Counted from the first letter of the stretch, positions 12,242 through 23,202 are shown. The stretch: DNA of 36,526 nt from Octopus bimaculoides (GCF_001194135.2 NC_068981.1:44366455-44402980), one strand, 5' to 3'. The notes: generated by a model not told the origin, from the letters alone. Program-made: numbers and translations.

Positions 12242-12265
12242 TTTGTTATTATTTATATTGGTATG

Positions 12266-13585
12266 ATTCATTCTTATTACCCACATGGGGCTACAAAGAG
12301 TGACAGACAAACATATAAGTGGGAAAATAGAGTAAAACGAATGAGTGATCTGCTTTAGACATTTTAAATCATTCATAAAACTATTCATTACATTATCATC
12401 AGTTAGTCATTGCTGAAATAATTGATGGCAATTTACCTGCGTCGATTTCCCTATTCAGGTCCCTGATCTCTTTCCCGTATTTTACCATTAGTCTACTCCT
12501 TTGTTCCTTACTCAACCGAGCTTATCCACAATGCTCGGGCATTGTGGATACCCTCACACGCCAGCACGTGCACCGACACAGGTGAGCTTGTTTGTTTTTT
12601 AATTTCCTAGCATTTCTTACCATTTTGTTCGCATGGTTATAAAACACCCCGTGACACATTTTTGGGGGTGGGGATTGGGGAATTTCGGGTACCTAGATGT
12701 TTGTGCATATCTTTGTGTCGGGAGGGCCAGTGTGAGGATTGGTGACTGTTGGTGGATAGTGGGACAGCGAGGGACCGGGTAGGTGTCGGGTGTGAGTAGA
12801 GTGGTTGTACACATTTTTCACTTTAGTTCTTTTTTCGTCCCCTTCTTTTCTTGGTTTATGTACTCCATTCTTGGTTCCCTTCCAACTTCTCCGGCTCCTC
12901 CTCGCTCACGCACAACGTCGCAAGAGGTGGAGATGCGATTTAACCAGTTGGTGCATTTGCGGCAGGGGCAGGGAATACTGATTTTAAGTGGCCTTTTCGG
13001 TCACATTTCTAACATCGCTGCGTCCTATTCCCCAGTATGACTCAGATTTCCTTCTTCACTAAGTGTGATTGTTTCCGCCATCACCTCCAAACCCTCTGCC
13101 TCTTGGGTTTCCACCTCCTTGTCCGGCTCCTCCTCACGCACTACCACATCACACAACGTCGCAGGATGTGGATATGCGATTTCCTGCGTCGCTGCATTTA
13201 CGACAGGCGGAGGGCATTCTGCTCTCATGTGGCCTTTTTAGCTACACTTATAACATTGAGACATCTGCCCTACACCGAGCCTCTTAACTAGAGAATGGTG
13301 GTCACCAGCCAGGCAACATTCACCTCAGGAGGGATATCTTCTATCCTTACTCTAGAAGCAGACCTTCCCAGGTAAACGGGTAGGAGGACCACATCGTTTG
13401 TTTTGAGGGAAGTTACGGAATTCTACCTCACCAAAACTTCCGTCGCTAACCACACCACCACCGTTGCATATATTCTGCCTCTGGCAAAGTAGTTTACTTC
13501 CTGCCAGAATGGTCGTAACGCCTAATCTACTTGAACTCTAGTTGCAATTTCGACTCTGCAATTTCAGGCTGTACATCCTCTATAT
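12266..13585 (-). mobile_element. L1/Tx1-type ORF1-bearing element, copy A (degenerate, internal deletion, duplicated CCHC module, 3' tail, no visible ORF2)
   Basis: Translation PFWQEVNYFARG...VLLPVYLGRSASRVRIEDIPPEVNVAWLVTTIL is homologous to ORF 14476-15114. Knuckles CYKCS*KGHMRAEC (13214-13255) and C*KCDRKGHLKSVF (12973-13014). Ends in ...tgtagccccatgtgggtaataagaatgaat. Confidence 0.8.
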
Positions 13586-13587
13586 TC

Positions 13588-13680
13588 CGACTTCGGTGGA
13601 ATTTGAACTCAAAACGTAGACAGACGAAATACTGCTAAGCATTTCGCCCGGCGCGTTAACGTTTCTGCTTGCTCACCGCA
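13588..13680 (-). mobile_element. tRNA-derived SINE, 5' head only
   Basis: gcggtgagcaagcagaaacgttaacgcgccgggcgaaatgcttagcagtatttcg...gagttcaaattcc; same family as 23203-23420, with B box GTTCAAATTC. Confidence 0.9.
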
Positions 13681-14475
13681 TTATGCAACTATAATTATTG
13701 TTAAATAGGTGACTTAGTGGAAAACGAATTTATGGATAGTGTCTAAAGGTCATGTAGTTATTAATTGGAAGAGTGCAAGTTCAAATGTCAAGGATAGGTA
13801 TATAAAAATTGTGAGTTAAATTGAATGTCTTTATTGACAACAGGGGTCTAAACATAGAGGGGACAATACAAAGATACAAACACAAAACTGCAACAACAAA
13901 AAAATGGATATAAAAAGGAAGAATAACATAAAATAAAATAAAAAATATGAGTAATGGAATGAAGCCACTTGACCCTACATCCGGGCAACTTCATTTATAC
14001 CTATTATAAACGATGGAATATCTCTTTGGGAACTTTTCATTATTAAGAATGTCTATTCCAAAACTTTGAATAAGTTGAATATAACTTACCGCTTTTGGCA
14101 ACTTCCCAGAGTCAACTTTCATTTCCTAGAAATGCGCATTGTCCGTCCCTGTATCCCTTCAGGCTTGGCATGTTCTTTGATTCCACCATAACGCACTCAA
14201 AGCACCAGGGCACCCCACTACACTGTTCATCACTTACCGTTATCTGTTGGTCCCAACTGTTTATTTCCTTAACAAGCTCCTCGTGTGCCAAATTGTAAAT
14301 TACAATACATTTTCTTCCTCAAGGTGGAGGTTGGGGAGTTTTGGGGGTTCCTGTGTGATATTAGTTAATTTGTTAGTGTCAAGTGAGGTAGGGTGCGGGT
14401 TAGTGTCTGCAAGGGAAGAGTGGGACAAAGTGGGTGTGGGAGGGTGTCGGGAGAGAGCGGGATGGGGGTTATCAT

Positions 14476-15114
14476 TCACAGATTGTGCCCTTTTCTTCCT
14501 TTTTCTGCTCCTTTTGCTAGCTGTTTCCCATCCATTATTTTTCCTTTGGTTTCTACTTCAACTTCGGTACTAATCCCACTGGCTATTACCGGCGGTGGAG
14601 GTGCAGTTTCCTTTATCGTCTCCGGAATCTCTTGTGTCCTTACGTGCGGTAGAGCACAATCCGCTCTGATGTGGCCTTCCAGGCCACATTTGTAGCAGTG
14701 AGTGATCCTGCACTCTACTCTAACTCTTATTATCACTTCTTCGACCGTAATGGTCTTGACCATATTTTCCAGCTCCACCATATCCAGGCTCTGCCCTTGC
14801 CAATTCATATGTGCAGTGCTGGTGGCTTGGAAGACCAAAATCTTAGCTTCCAAGCCCTGCAGTATAGCAGCTACTAGACAGGCCACATTCATTTTCGGGG
14901 GTATGACTTCAACCCTTACCTTGGAAGCACATCTTCCAAGGCGTATGGTCAGAAGGTCTACCTCATCAATTTTTAAGGGGGTTGCCGAGTGTAGCCTGGC
15001 AGTAGCTTTATCTCGGAACCGCACCTCCAACCTACCAAACTTTGTTCCTCTGGCAAGGTAAGAAATTCCCTGCCAGATGGGTTTTAAAACCTTTTCAATT
15101 TGATTTGTACACAT
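14476..15114 (-). CDS. Retrotransposon ORF1 (gag-like) fragment with CCHC zinc knuckle; probably no longer functional
   Basis: 212-aa open frame with CYKCGLEGHIRADC (14656-14698), preceded by an RRM-like region (KVRVEVIPP..V..LVAAIL). Typical of L1/Tx1 ORF1. Confidence 0.7.
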   Translation of the reverse strand: MCTNQIEKVLKPIWQGISYLARGTKFGRLEVRFRDKATARLHSATPLKIDEVDLLTIRLGRCASKVRVEVIPPKMNVACLVAAILQGLEAKILVFQATSTAHMNWQGQSLDMVELENMVKTITVEEVIIRVRVECRITHCYKCGLEGHIRADCALPHVRTQEIPETIKETAPPPPVIASGISTEVEVETKGKIMDGKQLAKGAEKGRKGHNL

Positions 15115-15192
15115 TAATTGTACACGATTTGATTTGATTTGTACACGTTAATTCAATACTCTTAGTTTTGACAGAGTAAGTTCTATAAATTA

Positions 15193-15450
15193 TCAATTTT
15201 CTTTGGTTTTCTGTATTACTTCTTGGGGAGGAGACACCTTTACATCGTTCCTCTCCCAAAGAAGCATATTGTTGTATTTACCAATCACCTTTACATCAAT
15301 TTCTTTGTTTTGGCTTTTGGCCACTGTCGTAAAATTCATTTTCATTTCCTCTTTTTTGTCTACTACAGAAATTGCCCTGAGCAATTTTTCCTCCGAAGTT
15401 GTAAATTTCGAGGATCTGAGGTTTTCGTAGTCCATTTTACAACAGTGCAT
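15193..15450 (-). pseudogene. Probable N-terminal part of the same ORF1, separated by stops and a local duplication at 15098-15157
   Basis: 85-aa K/E-rich ORF (MDYENLRSSKF...) directly upstream of 14476-15114 on the same strand. The gap contains a repeated atttgatttgtacac(a/g)ttaatt. Confidence 0.45.
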
Positions 15451-15625
15451 AGAAGGATGAAAGTGTCAACAAACTGTCGTAATGCAGCAAAAACAAGTGT
15501 TTTAAGACACTACAATTAACAAAAACTTTGACTAACTTTCGAACAACGTAACGAATAAAATTCATAATCAAGTCGATCAATTTTTTTCTTCTTTTTCTTT
15601 CTGTATATACATGCATGAACTCATG

Positions 15626-15842
15626 TAATCCTTTCTACTATAGGCACAATGCCTGAAATTGTGGAGAGGGGACTAGTCGATTATATCGACTCCAGTGTTT
15701 CACTGGTACATAATTTATCCACCCCAAAAGAATGAAAATCAAAGTCAGCCTCGGTAGAATTTGAACTTCGAACGGAGCGACAGGCGAAATACCGCTAAGT
15801 ATTTCGTACAGCGTGTTAACAATTCTGCCATCTCACCGCCTT
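15626..15842 (-). mobile_element. Full-length tRNA-derived SINE (tail type 2)
   Basis: A box tggcagaattg and B box gttcaaattc; body and tail (…aatttcaggcattgtgcctatagtagaaaggatta) match 23203-23420. Confidence 0.92.
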
Positions 15843-15844
15843 AA

Positions 15845-16002
15845 AGAAGAAATGTTTCCTTCTCGAGCCATATCAGGATCATAAGGGCCGGTTTTCCAGT
15901 TTCAGTGGCGTATAAATTCCCAACCTGGACGAGACGCCGATCCGTTGCAGGGTTAGACTGAAGCAATGTGATATTAAGTGTTTTGCTCAAGAACACCACG
16001 CT
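15845..16002 (-). mobile_element. Second SINE family fragment with Nin/Deu-like central domain, head lost
   Basis: Minus strand: cttgagcaaaacacttaat...aaccctgcaacggatcggcgtctcgtccagg...gaaactggaaaaccggccc. Resembles the Deu/Nin core ccctgcgatggact.gc.tccc.tccagg...gaaaccgg. Confidence 0.6.
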
Positions 16003-16480
16003 GTCCCACCCTCTCCCGGTAGTCATCAACCCTCACTCTGCCCCACAAGACACATACACAATTGCAAACATCCAGGTTCCCGAAATTCCCCAATCTTCAA
16101 CCCAAAAGTTAAAAAAATATGTCGCCCTGTGATAGACAACCTTTGTAATAAAAGGTTGAAAAGGGAGAAAAATATGAACTCTCCAGTGTCGCTGGATGTG
16201 TCGGAGCCTGAGGGATTGCCCAATCACTCTGGATGTGACCTAGTGAATGTTGAAGAACGGATTAGTCTGATGGAAAGGTACTTGAGAATGGAGATGCGAA
16301 CTTGAGAATGGAGGTCGACACAAGTTAGATGCTATCAGCGGTGAACTTTCGTAACCTTTATTTTGGGAACGATTAACTCTGGATATTGTTCTGTTATGAA
16401 TTCCATGTTTAGTAAATGTGTTAAAAGGATTAAATGAGGTCGTTACGATCGTGGGGTGCGAATCACCTTCATTCCATCCA
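15999..16480 (+). mobile_element. 3' fragment of the same L1/Tx1-type family, copy C (opposite orientation)
   Basis: cgctgtccca...gtcatcaaccctcactctgccc...caggttcccgaaattccccaatc matches the reverse complement of 12400-12770; aaatgaggtcg...ccttcattcc matches copy B. Confidence 0.75.
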
Positions 16481-16512
16481 TCCACTTTCATAAACATCTT
16501 TTACATACGTTT

Positions 16513-16942
16513 ATATTCTCATATTTTGTGTCTCTACTGTTAACATTTACAATTACTATGAAAACATAATCCTGGATTACTATTGTGGAAATCTGTCAAA
16601 CCCTGTCGGATTTCTATATAGAAATGCATACAGAATTCCTCCAACTCCTATCTATATGGATTAACTAATTCTTATAAACAAGGATAAGCTTTTAAGAACA
16701 GTTTCCTCTTTTTATATCTCTGAAGAATGGTTATGCAGCTTCAATATGATTATCATTTCGACTTCATTCAGATAAGTTACATAATCATGAAACGATTGTA
16801 ATGATTTATATACATCCTCATATTTTCTATTGTACATTCCTATTCTCATCATTTACGTGGTAATACAATCCTCTATCTTAATATACTTCTTGTTGTGACT
16901 ATTCCAAATATACTTATTCCATTCTCTTTTATATTCTAATAT
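16513..16942 (+). repeat. ~435-bp repeat, copy 2, with the better-preserved hammerhead-like core
   Basis: Inverted homolog of 11806-12241 with matching ends. Confidence 0.85.
16712..16810 (+). ncRNA. Type I hammerhead-ribozyme-like motif (probably degenerate)
   Basis: CUGAAGA (16720-16726), stem II AUGGUUAUG/CAUAAUCAU (16727-16735 with 16780-16788), GAAA (16789-16792), minimal stem III, GUA triplet (16798-16800). Stem I is poorly formed. Confidence 0.5.
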
Positions 16943-16945
16943 ATA

Positions 16946-17031
16946 TTTATATATATGAATATTTTATATCATACACATATATATGTATAAATATGTATAT
17001 ATTATATATATATATGTATTTACACACACAC

Positions 17032-17062
<31 letters not shown>

Positions 17063-17106
17063 ATACACCCACATATATATATGCATATCTTTCTCTCTCT
17101 CTATCT
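16946..17106. repeat. (TA)n/(CA)n/(TC)n compound microsatellite
   Basis: Seen directly. Confidence 0.9.
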
Positions 17107-17277
17107 ATAATATGTGTGCACCTGTGTTGGCGTGGATGATTTTGCCTGTGTATATCTATATGTGCAATGTGTTTGTGCATATATGCACGAGTGAGCATGT
17201 GTATGTAATATTAAGACCGTCTTTCTTTGTTATCCTGGTTAGATGAATCCACTCCTTCAATATATTTCATCACTTGT

Positions 17278-17318
17278 ATCGCCTTTTCTGATATGAAATC
17301 GCCTTTTCTGATATAAAA
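17278..17318. repeat. 19-bp tandem duplication (atcgccttttctgatat[g/a]a)x2
   Basis: Seen directly. Confidence 0.85.
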
Positions 17319-20300
17319 TCCATGACTATCACCTCAGATCATGAATTTATACCACCATTACTTTGGTCCCGGACCGTGTATATCGTCATTTTTTCCGATA
17401 GCATTCTAATTGTTGTTTTATAGTTTCTTACAATCAGCAAATATTCATAACGGAATAGACTCATAAATGAAAATGGTTTCATAATGGAATTGTTAAATAT
17501 ATAATTATATGAATTATAAGTATCATGTGCATTAGAATTTATTGAAAACTTTCGCAATAGCAAATATTGACTACCTTTAGTTATTATATTTCTTATTTTA
17601 TGACGTTGCTTTATTACTCTTTCTAGCAAACTAATATGATTAACATTTTGTATGCTCACCCAGAATATAAATATCTATTACTAAAGACGTAAGCGAGATT
17701 CATACTTAAGTAAATGACTCGATAAACGAAAGTAAAGTAATAATTTATGTATTATGATAAACTTACGCTTTAGTTTATAACAAGCACACCTGATACAGAT
17801 GGAAGCAAGACAAGACATTCGTTCATCATAACACTGGTATATCTTCTTATTTACCCTTAAGTCTATATAAATTACAGATGATTGCGTTATCTTTATTGAG
17901 TCTTCACAGAGATCAGTCATGAATCCAGTTTTTCTCTTTCAGAGGATTAAATTTGTTTATGTAAGCTCTGTATCTTTCGTATCAAGGACTTTGTAGCTAG
18001 TAAAGCAAATGTAAGTCATTGGTAGTCTAATATAAAAATGAGGGTTGCATTTCCGGTGTTTCTTAATTTTGCTTCATAAAGCATGATATATCTATATACA
18101 GATTTCAGTAAATTTGCCCATTTCCCATTAATAGAATAGGCTAAAAGAGATCAGCTGTATTTTAATTGTTTTCATTATCATTATTATGAATGAATTATTT
18201 TTCACGAGTAACAGTTAAAACCTATTTGGATAATGTCATAAAATCATTTCTCATTAAATACCGCAGCGAAAAATTATTTCTTTGTCGTTTCTAATATAAA
18301 CACGCAATCTTTTATTGTTGTACATCTGTGAATATGCTATGCCATATTCATGATGTGTTTTCCCTAACGTACTTCCTTCTACTAAAACAACAAACTTAAG
18401 GTTATATTCTATATTGAATACCGTATACATTTTAAGAGAGACGGTGCACAAGGAAATATATATTTGTCATGACACACGGAAATAATTTGCAAGTTTATTT
18501 AGTAAGAAGCAAAGAGAAAGGAAACAACAAACCAGACGCTAAGAGAATTTGTACGCATATACATATTGCAGACAGTGGTCCGTAAATATATGATCATTTA
18601 TACAATGTGCTATCAATATATTTCTGAAGGCAAAACAAGTTCAAAGTGCTAGCCTGTCTGAATATTTATGCCATGAACTACCAGTAAATAAATTCTTTAC
18701 AAATACTTACCGTTTTTATCTCCTAGGTTTGTTTCCAAACTGTATAAAGATTAAAATTCAGTTTCTATTTACTATAACATTCGTATACTTATTTTCACAT
18801 GTCGTTATTTCTATCAAAGTCAATTTTTGAAAATCTATTACGTATCAAATGCAATAATGTCAAATTGAAATTGCCTATGTATAAAAACGTGAAAGATAAA
18901 TTGAACGCGCTCTTTGGTGACGTGGGAGTTTAAATATTAAAGAATTTTACTCTATACATTGTTCAGTATGTTTGCTAAATGAAACACAAATGATGTTCGA
19001 TCAACTACTGGTAGTCAGATACGTACATGACAAGAAACACACCGAAGCTCCCACGCACGCAAACATACAAACACATACAAATACGCATAGGAATCAAACC
19101 TTGAAAGGTATACATACTTGCATATATATATATATATATAACAGCAACAAACATAGAAAACATAAATCGATGATGGATTAAACATTGTACTACACTTGTT
19201 TTCTTTAATAAGAGCTACAATGAGTTAATTTTTATTCCATGATTACGAATTAAATTCGCCATAGATTTGTTTATACAACCGTGAAAATGCATTAATATAT
19301 TTTCTCAAGATGTGCATGTGACTAGACAATGAATTAGTGAACAATTATTAATAAACAAAATTGTAAACAACAAAGAATAATTCAGCTGTACAGTAGACAA
19401 CAATACCTTAACAAGTGGTGTTATAATTTCCTAATCTTTGACGCCACTTATTGAAAAAAGAAAAAAACTAGATAAATGTGTGCAGCAGTGACTAACTTCT
19501 GTTTCATTTATTTACTATCATATGTTCTCTAATATTGGGGTTTTTATATACAGTAACACAAGAGGGGAAACGATAAGTACAAGTATAAGCACGGTAATCT
19601 GAACAAAAGTGCTTCAAATGGGCGAAGAACATGCAATCAATAAGAAATAGATGTATTTATGCTAAAAACACGCGATTATAGTTTGCGAACGTTCTGCATA
19701 ATAATAAGCTTATTTAGAGGTTAATGGGCATCAAACGGAATCCAGTGAATGTTCAACATTTGTAACCCGAGAGTGACAATAAGTACGATAACAAGTTACA
19801 CTTATAGGCATTAATTCTACCTTCAAGAAATCACAAGAACATTTCTCTTTTACATACATGTAAAAACCACTGGTTAAATTTAGAATAACGACAGCAACAA
19901 AAATAATATTTAAAACACGGCTTTGATCAAGGAGCTTCAAAAGCATTGAAACAGAAGGGAATTGCTTCATGAATAAGTGTGTGCAGTCAACCAAAACCAT
20001 AAACAAACAAAAATAAAGCACTCATATTCTTAAGGGCAATCTTCATACTTATTTTCACGTTGAATATATTCAAAATCTACAACTATTGCGTGTCTCTCGC
20101 AAAATAACATTAACAAGCTCATTATCGAAAAGTGCCGTAAAATAATCACTTTCTTTTGATGTTGACACTATCCATGTAACATTTTTGAAACATCAGTTGA
20201 TGATGTCGTTCGTTTAACGGTTATTCTTCAGTGTTAAGGTTTCCCATCGTAATGTCAGAAGACACTTTAATTATCGCCTGTTTCTTCTATGCCGAAAACG

Positions 20301-23037
20301 TCATTATTATTTTACTGCAATACATCTCATTAATTTCGTAATCATTAATTAAATAATTGAAGTAGGTCCTATTGATTTGACGTTTATAAACAAGTGTTTT
20401 CCAGTGTTGTGAAATGTCCGACACATTTACCACCAGTTTCATTTTCTATAAGGTAAAAAAAAAAAAAAAAGAAACCGTAAATGATTTGATATAAGTAAAA
20501 TCTATTTTACGATATGATTTGTATATAGTAATAGGTATTGAAGTAATGTTTTCTATTTACCACGTGTTTCATATGCTTTGCATAATATAAAGATTTCTTA
20601 CCGCAGGTTCTTCTAGTGATTGAGGAAAATTGGAAACATTCGTGATATGTGATACATCGACGTCATGAAAGTATGTGCTGTGAATCATATGTAATGTACA
20701 AGACATGAAAAGGGCTAAATTATAGATTTTCTGAATATAACTCGAAGAATATGCGATATTCTGTGTAAAATATGATACGTGTCACCGTTCGTAATATTAC
20801 ACTCCTATTTTCTTTCTTATTCGACATTTAGTGTAGCAAGTATAAGAAGCAAACTATCCAAAGTAAAACACAAATTGTTAAAAATACAGCAAAGCTGGTT
20901 GCAAAGGCTTCAGAAGTTGGGTATGAAATTGCTCATAGATTACCTGAATTCATCACAAAATATCTTTACTTGATATTAGCTGCCAGTATTTTAATACAAG
21001 TGGAGATTATTTCAATTCCCATTTCAATTTCACTTTCATTTGAATTCAATAAATGAATTTGTGTGTCTTATCTAGGGGATGGGTAGAAAATATAATGGTT
21101 TTACAGGAAATACAGAATTCAAGCATTTGTTTATTTCTTTCCTATTTTAACGGTTTAGAATTACAATCAAGTAATATCTATTTCTTGAATATATTATACA
21201 CTTTTGACGGTAGTGTTATTTACTCTATACAATATGTCATTTTCGAGATAATTATCCTAATACATTATTTTCACAAATGTGATATTGCAATTTATATATA
21301 AGGTTGGGGAGTTTGATTTATTTACTGATGCAAATATTATGATGAACAATGAATGATAGCTATATATTCAAAAGGACTTTGAGGAAAGCAACAATTCTAC
21401 AGAGACCCTTTTACTGAAATTTTATCCGTGCAATATACTCAAAATCTTACTCAGTGGTAGCTTTGATGAATTCTTATAATCGGTAGAGTTAACAAACCGT
21501 GTATGATTCTTTTTTTCTACTCTTCCACTCATTGGAGCTTGCTAAGGTCATGAATTTTCTTCTAAGATACTCTTGTACGACTCGACTCTTCGTCATTCAT
21601 CAGTTTTGGTTTATATTCACCCCAAGCCTTTCTTTCCTTTTCCTCCAAAACTCGACTCTCTGGAATTTATTACTGCCCATATCTTTCTATTGGGTGCTTG
21701 TCTCATAAGTCAACAAAGGCCTGCAAATGTGATGGTTTCTTCCACTTGCACCACACACAGTAAGTAAGAAAATGTCTGCGAAGCATATTTTCTCTAAATA
21801 CTTCATATAAAATTTAGTAACTTCCATTATTTGTCGTAAGATGTTGAGATTTAAGATTCGAAAGGAAAAAAAAAAGATAAGAGAAAATAGCTTTTTAAAT
21901 AATTACCTTAAAAAGGTTTGATTTTTTTTACAATATTTTACAAAATTTGCTTGGTCTCAGATTTAATGAAAGACGCCGTGTAAAACTGTGTGCAATTGAT
22001 TTTTAAGCACATTTTTCTACAAATACATTTCTATTTATAAGAAGAAAATTGTCTTTGTTTCAAACTCCATACTGATTTACTTTATATTTATTTAGTGATA
22101 GAGGCTTTTTAGAGACATTTTTCATCAATTTTTTAATACAAGCACATTATTTCATCTTTACATTTTAAAAGCAGTTCCTATTTTGCTCCCATTAAAAATA
22201 AAATCCGCTGCTTAATGTTAACTAAAAGAACAAAATAAATTTTAAATTGGTGAAATATTTAAATGCTACAGATATAGATATTACCATATCTATGAAAAAT
22301 TTATATAACCTACTACTTAAATTAGATTGCAAAAGTTGGTTTAAACTTAGGTGACGTTTCATGCATTTGTATATGAAGTAGCATTTCTTTCTCTCACAAA
22401 TGAATAAAATCAAACTTGAATATCTAATCAATATACCTCAAGTTGTAGAACGATGACAATTACCGTGAAAATTATATTGTTTACACATTTCCAGATACCA
22501 ACGTTAACTATTCTTCCTTTGCAATCTTGCAAAATTATCCGAAATATGCACCTTCCACTTAATATTTCCGTTCTAGCTATGTGCATTTGACCCCATTTTA
22601 CCATCATCTATAGTGCTCCCACTCACAAAAAAAAAGTATAACAACGTTATCTTGTACCACATCAATAATATACCACATCGAAAATTTTAACAGTTCAGCA
22701 TACAATTTATTATACCGTAATTATATGTTGAATATGGGCAACATGTAACTGTCACAGGACAATAAAAATAGTGATATTTTTGCTTCTATCAAAATTTATT
22801 GAATGAGGAAATTCCTTCATTCAATATCCAGATCCGACCTAATTTATCTGTGAACTGAGTTCCTTACTAAAATGTAAAACGTTCATGTATACAAAACCAA
22901 ATATATCTCGTGTAAATTTGTAAATCGTGTCAGATTTAGAGCCATCTATATTTTACCACAAGGTTAAACATTGATCGTTTAATAAGAGAATGCATCATGG
23001 TTCTCAATCTATAATGATATCATGTAAGTAATATTAC

Positions 23038-23190
23038 TTAGCGGTATTTCCTCTGCCGTTACGTTCTGAGTTCATATTCCAGCGAGGTTGACTTTGCCTT
23101 TCATCCTTCCGGGGTCGATTAAATAGNNNNNNNNNNAATCCCTTTGTCTGTCCTTGTTTGTCCCCCCGTGGGCAGTAAAGAAATAAATAT
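23038..23190 (+). mobile_element. 5'-truncated tRNA-derived SINE, tail type 1 (10-N gap inside)
   Basis: ttagcggtatttc...gagttca...gactttgcctttcatcc..ggggtcga body; tail ctttgtctgtccttgtttgtccccccgtgggcagtaaagaaata. Confidence 0.9.
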
Positions 23191-23202
23191 AAGAAAGTTC
23201 AA

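Larger units (their letters stand above)
13822..15530 (-). mobile_element. L1/Tx1-type ORF1-bearing element, copy B (5' leader, split ORF1, short spacer, 3' tail; no recognisable EN/RT)
   Basis: Contains ORFs 15193-15450 and 14476-15114. The downstream part is homologous to copies A and C. Ends ...ttgtcccctctatgtttagacccctgttgtcaataaagacatt. Confidence 0.8.

Noticed and set aside
21500-21730. Minus-strand AFVDL motif suggesting a LINE RT fragment
   Set aside because: The match does not continue (no KAFD/VP..W) in any frame.
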